From NCBI GenBank assembly GCA_963812015.1, contig CAWETI010000002.1:64001-128000 (forward strand): 64,000 nucleotides of DNA. The letters are read 5' to 3'. Position 1 is the stretch's first letter; each line of letters opens with the position of its first letter. Of the stretch, positions 53,300-63,401 are shown in pieces. A model generated the notes under the pieces. It was given only the letters and a program-made list of their open reading frames with translations. It was not told the DNA's origin and ran no database searches. Source of the DNA: an uncultured delta proteobacterium. GTDB taxonomy: Bacteria > Desulfobacterota > Desulfobaccia > Desulfobaccales > 0-14-0-80-60-11. A program made the translations under genes and the position numbers.

Positions 53300-54466
53300 A
53301 TGAACTTATTTTATATTGCCATGGCAGTTTGGTTGTCGATGATTCTATCTGGATGTGCCACGCCGGTCGTTACATCAATAACACCAATAAGCTTTTATGA
53401 AAAGCCGGTTGAAAATAAAACCCCCCCCTATATGATTGTCGATGGTGTGCCTTATTTCTTACCAAAATCAGTGATAAATGTTGATATTACCTGGAATAAA
53501 GATCAGTATAATTGGACTGTTACCGTAGCGTCCGTGATTCAACCTGACGAAAAGTCCAAATACTTACTCAAAAGAATCTCCAACGCCTGGTTTGATGATG
53601 ATATTACTTTTGCGGTTGATCAAAACGGCCTTCTGCAAACTATGAATATCTCAACGGCGGACAAGACGGTTTCGTCAATTACCGATCTCGCTACGGCTGT
53701 TGGCAATATTTTTGCCTTTGGCGCTGGCTTAATGCCAATGGGTCCGGTTGCGATGATGAAAGGGAAAGCGGAGGAGCCCCCGTTCAAGGATATACTTTGT
53801 TCCTTTCATGGTGAATATGATCCCTTCAAACCGATTGAAAAAACGATACCAACTTTAACTAGTCCCGTGTTCCAATTATATGAAAAGCCCGTTCAAAAGT
53901 GGGAACAGGTCAGCGCGACTTTCGATATAAAGATCGAGCCTCTTGGCGATCTTCCTTTAACCGCCATTCCGGACCAGAATGAAATTGAAAAAATCCGTAA
54001 GATGGTCCCCTCTGCTGATGAAAGTGAATATGAAGAGATGCGTAAGGTTGCCAAGGATTCAAGCCAAGCTATTCATGGGATTGTCGTAAGGACTCCGGTT
54101 CCATGTAAAATAAGCATCACTAAGCACGAGCATGTTATTACATACACTGATAAAAAAGACCTGGATAGAAGTGAAACACACACTTGTACTCTAATGCTTC
54201 CGGATGTAAGGCGGGATTATATTTTGCCGATGAACCGCCGATATCTCGTTACGGATCAGACGAAAATCGCCTTAAAGGATGGCATGATCCAAAGTATACA
54301 GCAAGTCAGACCAAGCATGGTAGCCGGGGTTGTAGGTATTCCAAAAACAATTCTATGTGCGTTGGTTCCAATACCATTGCAAATCAGAAATACCCAATCT
54401 CAAAGCCTGCAAGCCATAGATACTTCTATTAAGACTAAGGCTGACATCAAGTTACAATCACAATAG
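53300..54466 (+). CDS. Putative lipoprotein
   Basis: Lipobox LSGC at residue 19; GGAGG RBS; AT-rich. Confidence 0.75.
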   Translation: MNLFYIAMAVWLSMILSGCATPVVTSITPISFYEKPVENKTPPYMIVDGVPYFLPKSVINVDITWNKDQYNWTVTVASVIQPDEKSKYLLKRISNAWFDDDITFAVDQNGLLQTMNISTADKTVSSITDLATAVGNIFAFGAGLMPMGPVAMMKGKAEEPPFKDILCSFHGEYDPFKPIEKTIPTLTSPVFQLYEKPVQKWEQVSATFDIKIEPLGDLPLTAIPDQNEIEKIRKMVPSADESEYEEMRKVAKDSSQAIHGIVVRTPVPCKISITKHEHVITYTDKKDLDRSETHTCTLMLPDVRRDYILPMNRRYLVTDQTKIALKDGMIQSIQQVRPSMVAGVVGIPKTILCALVPIPLQIRNTQSQSLQAIDTSIKTKADIKLQSQ

Positions 54467-55178
54467 CCATCTAACAGTCGAAGCAGTCTCTGGCTAGATG
54501 GTCGCCCGGTTGGAAGGCGCTGACGCCACGATGCTGCAAGAAAACTTGGTAAATTATAGCCTGGTCTTGGATGCAACAATAGACTGGTGTGGGACTTATA
54601 GTTCCAGATGGAGGACACCCCCGCTTGGTGATCATTGAAGTTGCCATTATCGATGTCTCCAGCGGAGTGAATTCGATTGACATCTAACCCTCTATTGTGA
54701 AGAAGTGATATCTTTGGGGCGTGTTCTCCTATGGCCAGTGTCGGGTCGATAGTTCTGCTATTTATGCGCTCATCAAGTGGGTCTGGAAGTGTTTCACTAT
54801 CCAGATCATACCCGCAACTTTTCCGGGTTTGGGGATAATTGCTGGGTTTAGCAAATAACTTGGAATTTCTCTATCTAGAAATCTGAACTGGTCAAAGGCC
54901 TCCTTTTCCTTTGGCTTCCCCTTATCGGGCGATGCTGTCATGGGTTCCTTAACCTCCGCAGCAGTGAAGCGTTCGGGTATTGAGGGTTAAGTATGTCCAA
55001 AACTCAGGGAAAAGGTGCTTTTCCCTGAAAATTTGTGCTAACATGCCGGTGACGAGGGGATTCGGCTTCAAGAACAGAAACTTTGGGTGATTTTCCCCCG
55101 GCACCGAGGTCCCCAAAAGCATGCTTGGACTAGGATGGCCAAGCTTGCCGGATAATTGCGGCATTATAGGGAATAAAC

Positions 55179-56645
55179 TTGAATCCTGCCCCAAACCGTG
55201 ATGCCACTGAAGAGCCCCTGTTGAACATCGTTTTGGCGACCTCACCGATTGATATCGCCTGGAATTCCGGATCATTCCCGCCCTTGGGACTCTTGTATCT
55301 AGCTGCAAATATAAAGAATCTGCCCGGTGTCCGGGTAAAGATCGTGGACGCGTTTTGCGAAGGGCTGAACGTGGACCAGACCGCGGAAAGGATTCTGGCC
55401 CTCTCCCCCGATGTGGTGGGAGTTTCGGTGATGAGCACGAAACTCGAAAACCTTCCCAGGCTACTGGGGAGGATCAAAGCAGCCCGACACGATACCCTGA
55501 CTTTGGCCGGTGGCCTTCACGCCACCCTCTTTGACCGTCTCCTCCTCAAAGAGATACCCGAACTCGATCTAGTCCTGAGGGGAGAAGCGGAAGAAAGTTT
55601 CTTGGAGCTGGGCAAACGCCTCCTGGCGGGGAAGGAAACTGCCGGTCTACCGGGACTGTCTTATCGGGCCCAGGGAAAAGTAATCCGGGGGGAACCCCAG
55701 CAAATTGAGGATCTGGACTCCCTGCCTTTCCCAGACCGGAGCCTCCTGGATTACCCCGGTTATGGGAAGCAATGGTATGGCTTCGAGCTTCCCCTCTTGC
55801 CCCGTTTCACCACCGCGTTCTCCTCCAGAGGCTGCCTGTTTAACTGCACCTTCTGCGCCGGCACCAAACTGAGTGGCAATCGGCTCAGAATCAGAAGTGC
55901 CGAGAACGTCTTGCAAGAACTGCTAGTGCTGTCCCAGGAAGGATACGAGTTTGTCATCTTCTTTGACGATAATTTCACCGGCAACGTGGATCGCCTCGAC
56001 AAGCTCTGTCACTTGATCATAGAACATATCCCCAACATGCGCTTGGCCTGCGCCGGGACCTTGCACCATGTACCGGACGCCACGTTAGATCTTATGCACC
56101 GGGCTGGCTTTGACCTGGTTTTTTTGGGAGTAGAGAGTGGCAGCGATGAACAGCTCAGACGCTACCGGAAACCCACCACGCGCAAACAGCTGGCAACCGA
56201 CATTATCCGGACCAAAAAAGCCCATATCGCCACCATCGCCAGCTTCATCACCGGCGGCCTGGGAGAGACGGATCAAGATCACGAGGCTACCAGGACACTC
56301 GTCTGGGAAGTAATGCCGATTATTGCGGAAATCAACCCGCTGATGGTCCATCCCGGTAGTTGCCTCTGGGATGAAATCCATGGCTCCCAAGAGCCTAAAA
56401 CCTTGAAGGAATCCGAGAGCCTCTTGGTTTCGAATTTTCCGGGGCAAATGGATAAGGCGACTTTAAAGTTCCGAGAGCGCGATTTCCGGAGGACCTTCCT
56501 CAAAAGCTGGCTGCATTGGCGGCGAATTTTTGACTTCCTGGATCTACTCAGACATAATCGCTTAATAGGAGGGATCATCAAGGATGTTTTCCGAACTCCT
56601 CAGACCCTCTTCATGTACTTGCTAAGGCAAAACTACCGTGAGTAA
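55179..56645 (+). CDS. Cobalamin-dependent radical SAM protein
   Basis: PPLGLLYLAA, GGLHAT, RGEAE, RGCLFNCTFC, DDNF, GVESG. Confidence 0.92.
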   Translation: MNPAPNRDATEEPLLNIVLATSPIDIAWNSGSFPPLGLLYLAANIKNLPGVRVKIVDAFCEGLNVDQTAERILALSPDVVGVSVMSTKLENLPRLLGRIKAARHDTLTLAGGLHATLFDRLLLKEIPELDLVLRGEAEESFLELGKRLLAGKETAGLPGLSYRAQGKVIRGEPQQIEDLDSLPFPDRSLLDYPGYGKQWYGFELPLLPRFTTAFSSRGCLFNCTFCAGTKLSGNRLRIRSAENVLQELLVLSQEGYEFVIFFDDNFTGNVDRLDKLCHLIIEHIPNMRLACAGTLHHVPDATLDLMHRAGFDLVFLGVESGSDEQLRRYRKPTTRKQLATDIIRTKKAHIATIASFITGGLGETDQDHEATRTLVWEVMPIIAEINPLMVHPGSCLWDEIHGSQEPKTLKESESLLVSNFPGQMDKATLKFRERDFRRTFLKSWLHWRRIFDFLDLLRHNRLIGGIIKDVFRTPQTLFMYLLRQNYRE

Positions 56646-56841
56646 TATCCTTTAGATTTCTCGTCTGACTTCACCTGAGGCGAAGGTAAATCAGAGGCGC
56701 CCGACTGCTAGATAGTCTCAGCGGTGATCTCCTGGCCAGCCTCGGGGTAGCCCCGGATTATCCGACCATCGCCGCGGTTTGGAGATTTTTCAGGAAGCCG
56801 ATCAAGATGGCAAGCCTGTAACTGACCCGGAGAACCATATT

Positions 56842-58263
56842 ATGCGCATTCTCTTACTGGCCATGCCCGATACGGTTGATTTTATTGATGCCACCGCCCG
56901 CATCCCCAACCTGGGCCTGGTTTCCCTGGCCGGCAATCTGCCGGACCATGAAGTTAAGGTAATGGATTTGGTGCTCTATAAGCCAAACATCCGCAAGGCG
57001 GTGGAAGCGAGCCTGGCCACATTTCGGCCCCAGTTGGTGGGATTGAGCGCCATGACCTTTCAGTATGATACCCTACTGAGGGTGGCCAGAGTGGTGCGCC
57101 GGTTCGACCCCGATATCAAGCTGGTGGCCGGCGGTTATCATCCGAGTCTGATGGCTCGGGAACTAGCCGAGGAAGATCTGCTGCTTCTCGACTTCATCGT
57201 GCGGGGGGAAGGGGAGGCCACGTTGGGCGAACTGGTTGCCGAGCTGGAGCGGGCCCAACCTGATTTTTCCGGGGTTGCCGGATTAAGTTACCGCCAGGGG
57301 GCACACTGGGAGCATAATGCCGATCGCCCCCTCCTGGACTTGGACCAGGTTCTCCTCCCCCGGCGCGAGTCCCGTTTGGACGAGGGCTTTTTCTTTTTGG
57401 ACATGCCCATGGAGGTGGCCGAAACCTCGAGGGGCTGCCCGTTCAATTGCAAGTTTTGCTCGATCAACCGAATCTACGGCAACACCTATCGCCGTTTTCC
57501 CCTGGCCCGGATCATTGCGGACCTCAAGGCGATTCGACGCCGGGGCGCCAAATCGGTGTTTTTCGTCGATGATAACATCACTTATGATATCGACCATTTC
57601 CGGCAGGTGTGTCAGGCCATTGTCCAGCATGGGTTAAATGACCTATGTTATCTGACCCAGGTGACGGCGGCGGGTATCGCCAAAAATCCGGCCTTGGTGG
57701 CTGACATGGACCGGGCCAATTTCCGCCTCATATTTGTGGGATTTGAATCCATGGAGCCGGCCGCCTTGCAGAAAATGCGCAAGCCCACCAGTCCGGCCAT
57801 TAACCAGCAAGCCGCGGCCCTACTCAGGCAACATCGGATGGCGATAATTGCCGGGGGAATTATAGGCTATCCGGACGATACCCAAGAATCAGTGAAACGA
57901 CAATTTCGGCAGATTTGGGGACTGAAACCCGATGTTCTCTATATGCAAATCTTGACGCCCTATCCCCAGACGGCGCTCCGTCAGGAATTGCTGGAAGCCG
58001 GCCTTATCGTCAATTTGGATGATTACCGGTCCTATAACGGCTTCGTCAGCAATATCCGCACCAAGCACTTGAGTCGCAAAGAGCTGAATAAATTAAAAGG
58101 TAACCTGGCTTTCTGGGGGGCGGTCAATCCGGGTTTTTTGGCCCGTAATTACTTTCTCAGAAACCACTTCCTTTATTATCTCAAAACTATAGTCAATCAT
58201 GTCGCCCTTTATTTCTACTATCGTCTGATTTCCAAAGAAGATCCACGCCAATTGAATATCTAG
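56842..58263 (+). CDS. Cobalamin-dependent radical SAM protein
   Basis: PNLGL, GGYHPS, RGEGE, RGCPFNCKFC, DDNI, GFES. Confidence 0.92.
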   Translation: MRILLLAMPDTVDFIDATARIPNLGLVSLAGNLPDHEVKVMDLVLYKPNIRKAVEASLATFRPQLVGLSAMTFQYDTLLRVARVVRRFDPDIKLVAGGYHPSLMARELAEEDLLLLDFIVRGEGEATLGELVAELERAQPDFSGVAGLSYRQGAHWEHNADRPLLDLDQVLLPRRESRLDEGFFFLDMPMEVAETSRGCPFNCKFCSINRIYGNTYRRFPLARIIADLKAIRRRGAKSVFFVDDNITYDIDHFRQVCQAIVQHGLNDLCYLTQVTAAGIAKNPALVADMDRANFRLIFVGFESMEPAALQKMRKPTSPAINQQAAALLRQHRMAIIAGGIIGYPDDTQESVKRQFRQIWGLKPDVLYMQILTPYPQTALRQELLEAGLIVNLDDYRSYNGFVSNIRTKHLSRKELNKLKGNLAFWGAVNPGFLARNYFLRNHFLYYLKTIVNHVALYFYYRLISKEDPRQLNI

Positions 58264-58279
58264 TTATTTTAGGTGGGAA

Positions 58280-58590
58280 ATGATTTCTGTCCGGTTAAGC
58301 GGTCTAGAGCGATACCTGCCCGGGATCATTAATATTAAATATATTGGGGTGGTCCAAAATCTCCTGTAACGTATACCCTCGGAATAGGCTAAGTTGTTGT
58401 ATTCGAAATAAATTCTGGAGACTAATATCGAAACCGAAAGGAACTTGCTGTAACAAAGCAAAAGAAAAGCAATGCGAGATAGATAGATTTGAGTCATTAC
58501 GGCATTCTCAGAATTGCCGAGGAATGCTTTGATCTTGAGGTTCTGCTTAATCCAACGAAAGAAGATTTAGATTTGTCAACGTTTTTTGAA
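58280..58590 (-). pseudogene. IS4-family transposase C-terminal remnant
   Basis: Hand translation FKKR*QI*IFFRWIKQNLKIKAFLGNSENAVMTQI: two stops in the Y..RW.IE motif, then a frameshift to SLQNLFRIQQLSLF. Confidence 0.8.
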
Positions 58591-59030
58591 CAGACCACCC
58601 ACTTGGGTCGGAAATTTTTGGTTGGGCGTCGACCTATAAATCCCGTGCAGCACCCCTCGGTTATGGTGCGCCAGAGGATAAGCCGAGGCCACACGCATAT
58701 ACCACCAATAGAAGATTTCTGCTATATATCACCACTCTGTTAACCCAGAGAAAAGTTTTTGATAGCAAGACCATAGCTGCATCTCAAATCCTGCCGGCAG
58801 GTAAATTTTAGCCCGCCTTGTCAGCTCGAATCTGATTTTGATTTGATGCTAGTCAACTAACGTTCTAATTATTGCTTCTAAGGATATACACCTCTTCCCC
58901 CTTTCCACCCGTCTTTTCCGTGCCATCTTTCCCGCCCGTTCTGGCCTCCCGGCCGCCTGCCCTGCTACCCTCCGGTGAGTGGCACAAGCGTCTCGCCGGT
59001 GCGAAACCATCACCCTTGAGGAGTAATACT

Positions 59031-59420
59031 ATGGCGAAACATTACGGCCCCGCCCATCAGTCTGCCCGCTGTACCGTCTGTAATCACCCCTCCCGCCCTG
59101 AGATCGACCGCGCCCTGATCGATGGCGTGCCCCTTCGCACCCTGGCCGCCACCCATGGCCTCAGTGCCTCGGCCCTCTGTCGCCATACCCGGCATCTCCG
59201 CCATCAACTGGTGATCCAGCAGCGCCAGGCCGATCAGTCCCAGGCCTCCGCCTTCCTGGAAAAATTGGCGCTCCTGGAGGTCCGCCTGGACCGCCTCTTC
59301 CGCAAGGCCGAAGAGTCCCATTCCCTCCACGTCTCCCTGGGGTGTCTGCAGGAATCCATCCGCGTCCTCTCTCTCCGGGAGAAAGTCCGCCACTCCCTGG
59401 GTGGACCGGCTGCATGGTAA
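59031..59420 (+). CDS. Hypothetical CxxC + HTH protein, resembling phage small-terminase-like proteins
   Basis: CTVCNHP.R.EIDRAL..G..LRTLA...GLS.SAL.RH; GAGGAG RBS. Confidence 0.6.
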   Translation: MAKHYGPAHQSARCTVCNHPSRPEIDRALIDGVPLRTLAATHGLSASALCRHTRHLRHQLVIQQRQADQSQASAFLEKLALLEVRLDRLFRKAEESHSLHVSLGCLQESIRVLSLREKVRHSLGGPAAW

Positions 59421-59828
59421 AATGCCGCGTCCCAAATTTTCCTTTAAAAAGTATTTAACACTTTTCGTAGGGGCGGACCCATGTGTCCGCCCTGATAGAG
59501 GGCGCCCACGCGGGTGCGCCCCTACAAAACTATGTCAAGGTACATCCGGGATAGAAGCCCAGCCGTTAGCGGACCAGCCGGCTTTCTCTCTGTTCCGCTG
59601 CATGGCTGGTTCCTTGGCGATTTTAAGCGTAAATCAAGGGGGTTGCGCCATAAACGCCACCGGTTTTAAGCGGCGCCCCATCGCCACAAGTCTCGCGGCC
59701 CACCGGTACAACGGCCTCTTTCATTTGACAGAACCGCGCCGGGGTGACATATTTTTCTTAAACGGCGTCATTAAAATGTGGGGGAGGCGCCCTCGCCTGC
59801 CCTTGAATAACGCCACCAAGGAGGTCCA

Positions 59829-60545
59829 ATGCCCCGGATTATCCTCTCGTCCTTAATGGTTGCCTTGGCAATCGCCGGCCTGTCCCTGCCCCCGGCCCGG
59901 GGCGCGGAAACCCCGTCTCCCCCCAGCATCAGTGTGGAGGCGGAGGGCAAGGTGATGGCCACCCCGGACCTGGCCAGGTTGACCCTGGAGGTGGAGACCC
60001 AGGCGGCCACTGCCGCCGCCGCAGCCCAGGACAACGCCCAACAGGCCGACCGGGTGCTGAAAGCCGTGAAGCACGTGCTGGGTCCCGAAGACAAGCTGCG
60101 GACCATAGGCTATCGCCTAATGCCGGTGTACGCCGCCAAAGACAAAACCTCCCCTCCGGAAATCAAGGCCTACCGGGCCGTCAATCAGCTCGAGGTTAAG
60201 GTCCTGGATGTGGCCCGGCTGGGTCCGGTGATGGACACCGCCTTGAAAAACGGCGCCTCCCAAGTCAGAGGACCGTTTTGGGGCCACGCTCACCAGGAAG
60301 AACTGCAGCAGCAGGCGGCGGTGAATGCCCTGGAACGGGCCCGGCGCTTGGCGGAAGCCCTGGCCCAGGCGGCGGGGCTCAAAATCAAAGGCGTGGACAA
60401 GATCTTCACCGGGATTCGCTTTCTGCCTCCCCGGGGTGCGGGGGAAACGTATCTGAAAGCGGCAAGTCCTACGCCCACCCCCATCGAAGTGGGGGAGGAA
60501 GAGATCAGGGCCCATATCCAGGCGGTATTCCTGGTAAGCCCCTGA
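59829..60545 (+). CDS. SIMPL (DUF541) periplasmic protein
   Basis: Signal peptide, ISVEAEGKV..PDLA, YRAVNQLEV, AEALAQAAG. Confidence 0.88.
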   Translation: MPRIILSSLMVALAIAGLSLPPARGAETPSPPSISVEAEGKVMATPDLARLTLEVETQAATAAAAAQDNAQQADRVLKAVKHVLGPEDKLRTIGYRLMPVYAAKDKTSPPEIKAYRAVNQLEVKVLDVARLGPVMDTALKNGASQVRGPFWGHAHQEELQQQAAVNALERARRLAEALAQAAGLKIKGVDKIFTGIRFLPPRGAGETYLKAASPTPTPIEVGEEEIRAHIQAVFLVSP

Positions 60546-60626
60546 CGTGCGACTTTTCCCCGGCCTTGCTTTACAAGGGTTGAATCAGCGGTTATCATTA
60601 AAATAATTAACCTTTGGAGGACATCC

Positions 60627-60854
60627 GTGAACGACATCAAGAAATCGGTGGAACAAGCCCTGGAAAAAATCCGTCCCCTGTTGCAGCGGGATGGGGGCGA
60701 TATTGAACTCGTGGAAGTGAACGACGGCGTGGTGAAAGTCCGCCTCACCGGTGCGTGCAAAGGCTGCCCCATGTCTCAGATGACTCTGAAACAGGGGGTG
60801 GAAAAGCTGCTCCTGAAAGAAGTGCCGGGCCTGAAGGAGGTCCAGGCCGTTTAG
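60627..60854 (+). CDS. NifU/Nfu-family Fe-S scaffold protein
   Basis: IRPLLQRDGGDIEL, GACKGCPMS..TLK. Confidence 0.93.
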   Translation: MNDIKKSVEQALEKIRPLLQRDGGDIELVEVNDGVVKVRLTGACKGCPMSQMTLKQGVEKLLLKEVPGLKEVQAV

Positions 60855-60955
60855 CTCATGGGGGCCGGGGGCTGGCCCGGAAGTCCCGCCCTGCTGCCCG
60901 GCCCGGCTCAAATATGCTTGACATCAGGTCGTAACCCGCCATAATTAAACCACGT

Positions 60956-61031
60956 GGGGATGTAGCTCAGCTGGAAGAGCGCCTGCTTCGCATGTAGGAG
61001 GTCAGGGGTTCGAGTCCCCTCATCTCCACCA
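60956..61031 (+). tRNA. tRNA-Ala (anticodon CGC)
   Basis: 76-nt cloverleaf, G3:U70 pair, anticodon loop TTCGCAT, GGTTCGA T-arm, encoded CCA; TTGACA-16 nt-CATAAT upstream. Confidence 0.97.
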
Positions 61032-61051
61032 CGAATTAGGAAGGATTACAA

Positions 61052-61083
61052 GAGGTTGACAAACACCATGTTGTCAGCCTTTT
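61052..61083 (+). terminator. Putative intrinsic terminator after the tRNA
   Basis: AGGTTGACAA/TTGTCAGCCT stem followed by a short T run. Confidence 0.5.
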
Positions 61084-61722
61084 GACTTTCTGAGGGTTTG
61101 GTGACCGGCTCTTCCTGGTCAACAACTTTTTTTAGGGAAAATGCGGCTGCGTTTCATTCTGGTCAAAATGCGGCCACACTGATCCAAGAATAGATAGAAA
61201 CAAATGAGCGCCAGCCCGAAAGCAGTATCAATTATTAGCCAATTCATACCCGCTGTCCTTTCCGGGTGCGAAACCGCGGCCAGCCCTTCCCTGGCGGCGG
61301 GGAGTACCCCCGGAGACCCCAGACTGCCAAGTCCAAATCCTCACCAGAGGTGAAGCCCAGGTCCATGGTTGTTCCCACCTTTGAGAGGGCAGCCCTTTTT
61401 AAAGTTCATCAGGTCTACACTCCTGCACCCCGGTAAGTCAGACCACCGGCACTGATATCTATCCCTTCTAATCTCATAAACCCGGATGATTAAAAAAACC
61501 GGCGCATTTCCCCAAAAAAACTGTACCACTTCCAAACAGGCCCAGGCCATAGTCGTAAGCCTTACGGGGTCCCCCTCTCTGGAGAACTTCAATGCCCATG
61601 ATCGCCACCTTCTTAAAATTTTTGCCAAGCTGCGCCGATTTTGGGCATTTTTAGGGTTTAAATAAGAAAAAGCTAAATATCTGGACTTGAAAACCGCAAA
61701 ACAAAAAATGGAGGGAAGGAGC

Positions 61723-62193
61723 ATGAAAAGGGGAACATTATCCATAGGGTTACTGTTGGCCCTGGGTTTAATTCTGACCATGGGCTTTACTTGTTGGGCC
61801 GGCCCTGATGGGACGGGGCAGCACCAGGGGCACTGGGGTCATCACGGCAAATTTGCCAAACTTACCCCGGAGCAAGTGGGAAAACTCTTTGATCTGCGGC
61901 AGAAATTTCTGGATGACACCGCCAGTTTGCGCAAGGAAAAGTTAGTCAAAAAGGCGGAGTTGAGGGCTCTCTGGCGCTCAGAAAATCCGGATGAGAAACA
62001 AATCCTGGCCAAGCTCAAAGAGATCAATGCTGTCAAGGCTAAGCTGCAGGAGAAGTTCGTACCCTTTCGAATCGAAGTAAAGAAAATCCTTCCTAAATGC
62101 CACGGCCCCAAGGGCAGTGTCAGCATGGAAGAGGAAGACATGAATTTGAACCCTATCATGGCCATGGAGCCTAGCGATCGCACTGGCGTGTAA
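61723..62193 (+). CDS. Spy/CpxP/ZraP-like periplasmic protein
   Basis: Signal peptide, His/Gly-rich segment, LTPEQ motif, coiled coil with NPD. Confidence 0.8.
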   Translation: MKRGTLSIGLLLALGLILTMGFTCWAGPDGTGQHQGHWGHHGKFAKLTPEQVGKLFDLRQKFLDDTASLRKEKLVKKAELRALWRSENPDEKQILAKLKEINAVKAKLQEKFVPFRIEVKKILPKCHGPKGSVSMEEEDMNLNPIMAMEPSDRTGV

Positions 62194-62256
62194 AAAATTA
62201 GGCCGGTTTTCTCTTGGTGAGGCCGCCCATCCTTACCACACTCTAACCTCTAACCT

Positions 62257-62290
62257 GGCCCGGGCTCCCTCGGGGCCTGGGCCTCTTTTT
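62257..62290 (+). terminator. Intrinsic terminator
   Basis: GGCCCGGGCTCC-ctc-GGGGCCTGGGCC followed by TCTTTTT. Confidence 0.7.
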
Positions 62291-62424
62291 ATGAAAAAGC
62301 AAAGAAGAATGAATAAGAGATTAACTTAGTGAAAAATAAGGTTCCAAAAGCAACATGGGGAAAATGAGATTAAGGTATGAACTTTAGTTAGATCGGATGG
62401 TGGATCAGTCTGGAGGAATGCTGT

Positions 62425-63000
62425 ATGCAAGGAATTCGCTTGACGAACAGATGGTTGTGGTTCTCGTCTTTAATAATCCTTACCATACTACTGGAACTTG
62501 CTTGGCCCGCAGCGGCGCAACAGCTTGGTTTTCCTGGTGGTGGCAGACGGCATGGAGGCTCAGAAACCCAGGAGCGCCTGGAATACAATCCCCAGACAGT
62601 GACTACGATGAAGGGACAAGTGGAGACCCTGGGAAGTTATGGCATGACGGGATGGCGGGTCGCCCCGGGCATGCAGTCCCAAGGATTGGTTCTTAAAACC
62701 GATAAAGGTAATATTACTATCAACTTAGGGCCGCCTTGGTATGTCAGGAAGCAGGGCTTTGATTTAAAACAAGGGGACTCCCTGGAAGTGACCGGCTCTC
62801 AAGTTACCAAAGACGGCCAGACCCTGCTTCTCGCTGCCCAAGTCAAAAAAGATGGGCAGACCTTGAAAGTGCGGGATGAGAAAGGTGTGCCGCTTTGGCA
62901 GGAGCAGGAGCGTGGTGGGCAAGGTGCCGGAGGCAGGGGCCGGGGAGGAATGGGCTCTGGTGGGAGGAGTCCCGGCGGCCAAGGGCTAATCAATTGGTAA
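62425..63000 (+). CDS. Exported OB-fold-like protein with Gly-rich tail
   Basis: Signal peptide; YNP.TV.T..G.V, NLGPPWY, GDSLEVTGS, RDEKGVPLW. Confidence 0.7.
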   Translation: MQGIRLTNRWLWFSSLIILTILLELAWPAAAQQLGFPGGGRRHGGSETQERLEYNPQTVTTMKGQVETLGSYGMTGWRVAPGMQSQGLVLKTDKGNITINLGPPWYVRKQGFDLKQGDSLEVTGSQVTKDGQTLLLAAQVKKDGQTLKVRDEKGVPLWQEQERGGQGAGGRGRGGMGSGGRSPGGQGLINW

Positions 63001-63401
63001 CCGAAGGCTTGGACCCTTATCAAGATCATTGCTCTGAATAGTTTGCCGGGGAAGGATAATTAACCGGTAAATATAATATGTTAGATGAAATGGCGTCTTT
63101 ACTTAGTTTACATAACAAATCCGCCCTGGGCACCATTCATGGTCTCGGGTGTGCCCTGGTCCTTTGAAAAAAATTAAAGCGCCGAGTTAGATTTATCTTC
63201 GATGAGTGTTAAATCAAGGAGAAAGGTTAAATCTCTAAAGATTGGTGCCTTTCGAAAACGATTCCCGATCTCGTTCAAGCTGATCCGTTCACTTGCAGGA
63301 ATGAAGGAGCTGAGCGTTCGGTTTAGTAGTTAAAACCCTGAAAAAACTCCAAGCGAACGCCACTAAGGTAGCCGAATAATCTCGGAGAGAGCGGGATCAA
63401 C

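Noticed and set aside
54467..54503. attC-like site after the lipoprotein gene (ATCTAAC...GCTAGAT)
   Set aside because: Too short, lacks a GTT core, and there is no integron integrase or second site
60956..61200. tRNA-Ala as an integration site for the island
   Set aside because: No integrase, and no duplicated tRNA 3' end seen in the window
61262..61432. Possible structured ncRNA (complementary ends CCGGGTGC/GCACCCCGG)
   Set aside because: Could not fold it into a convincing 6S RNA or riboswitch consensus by eye
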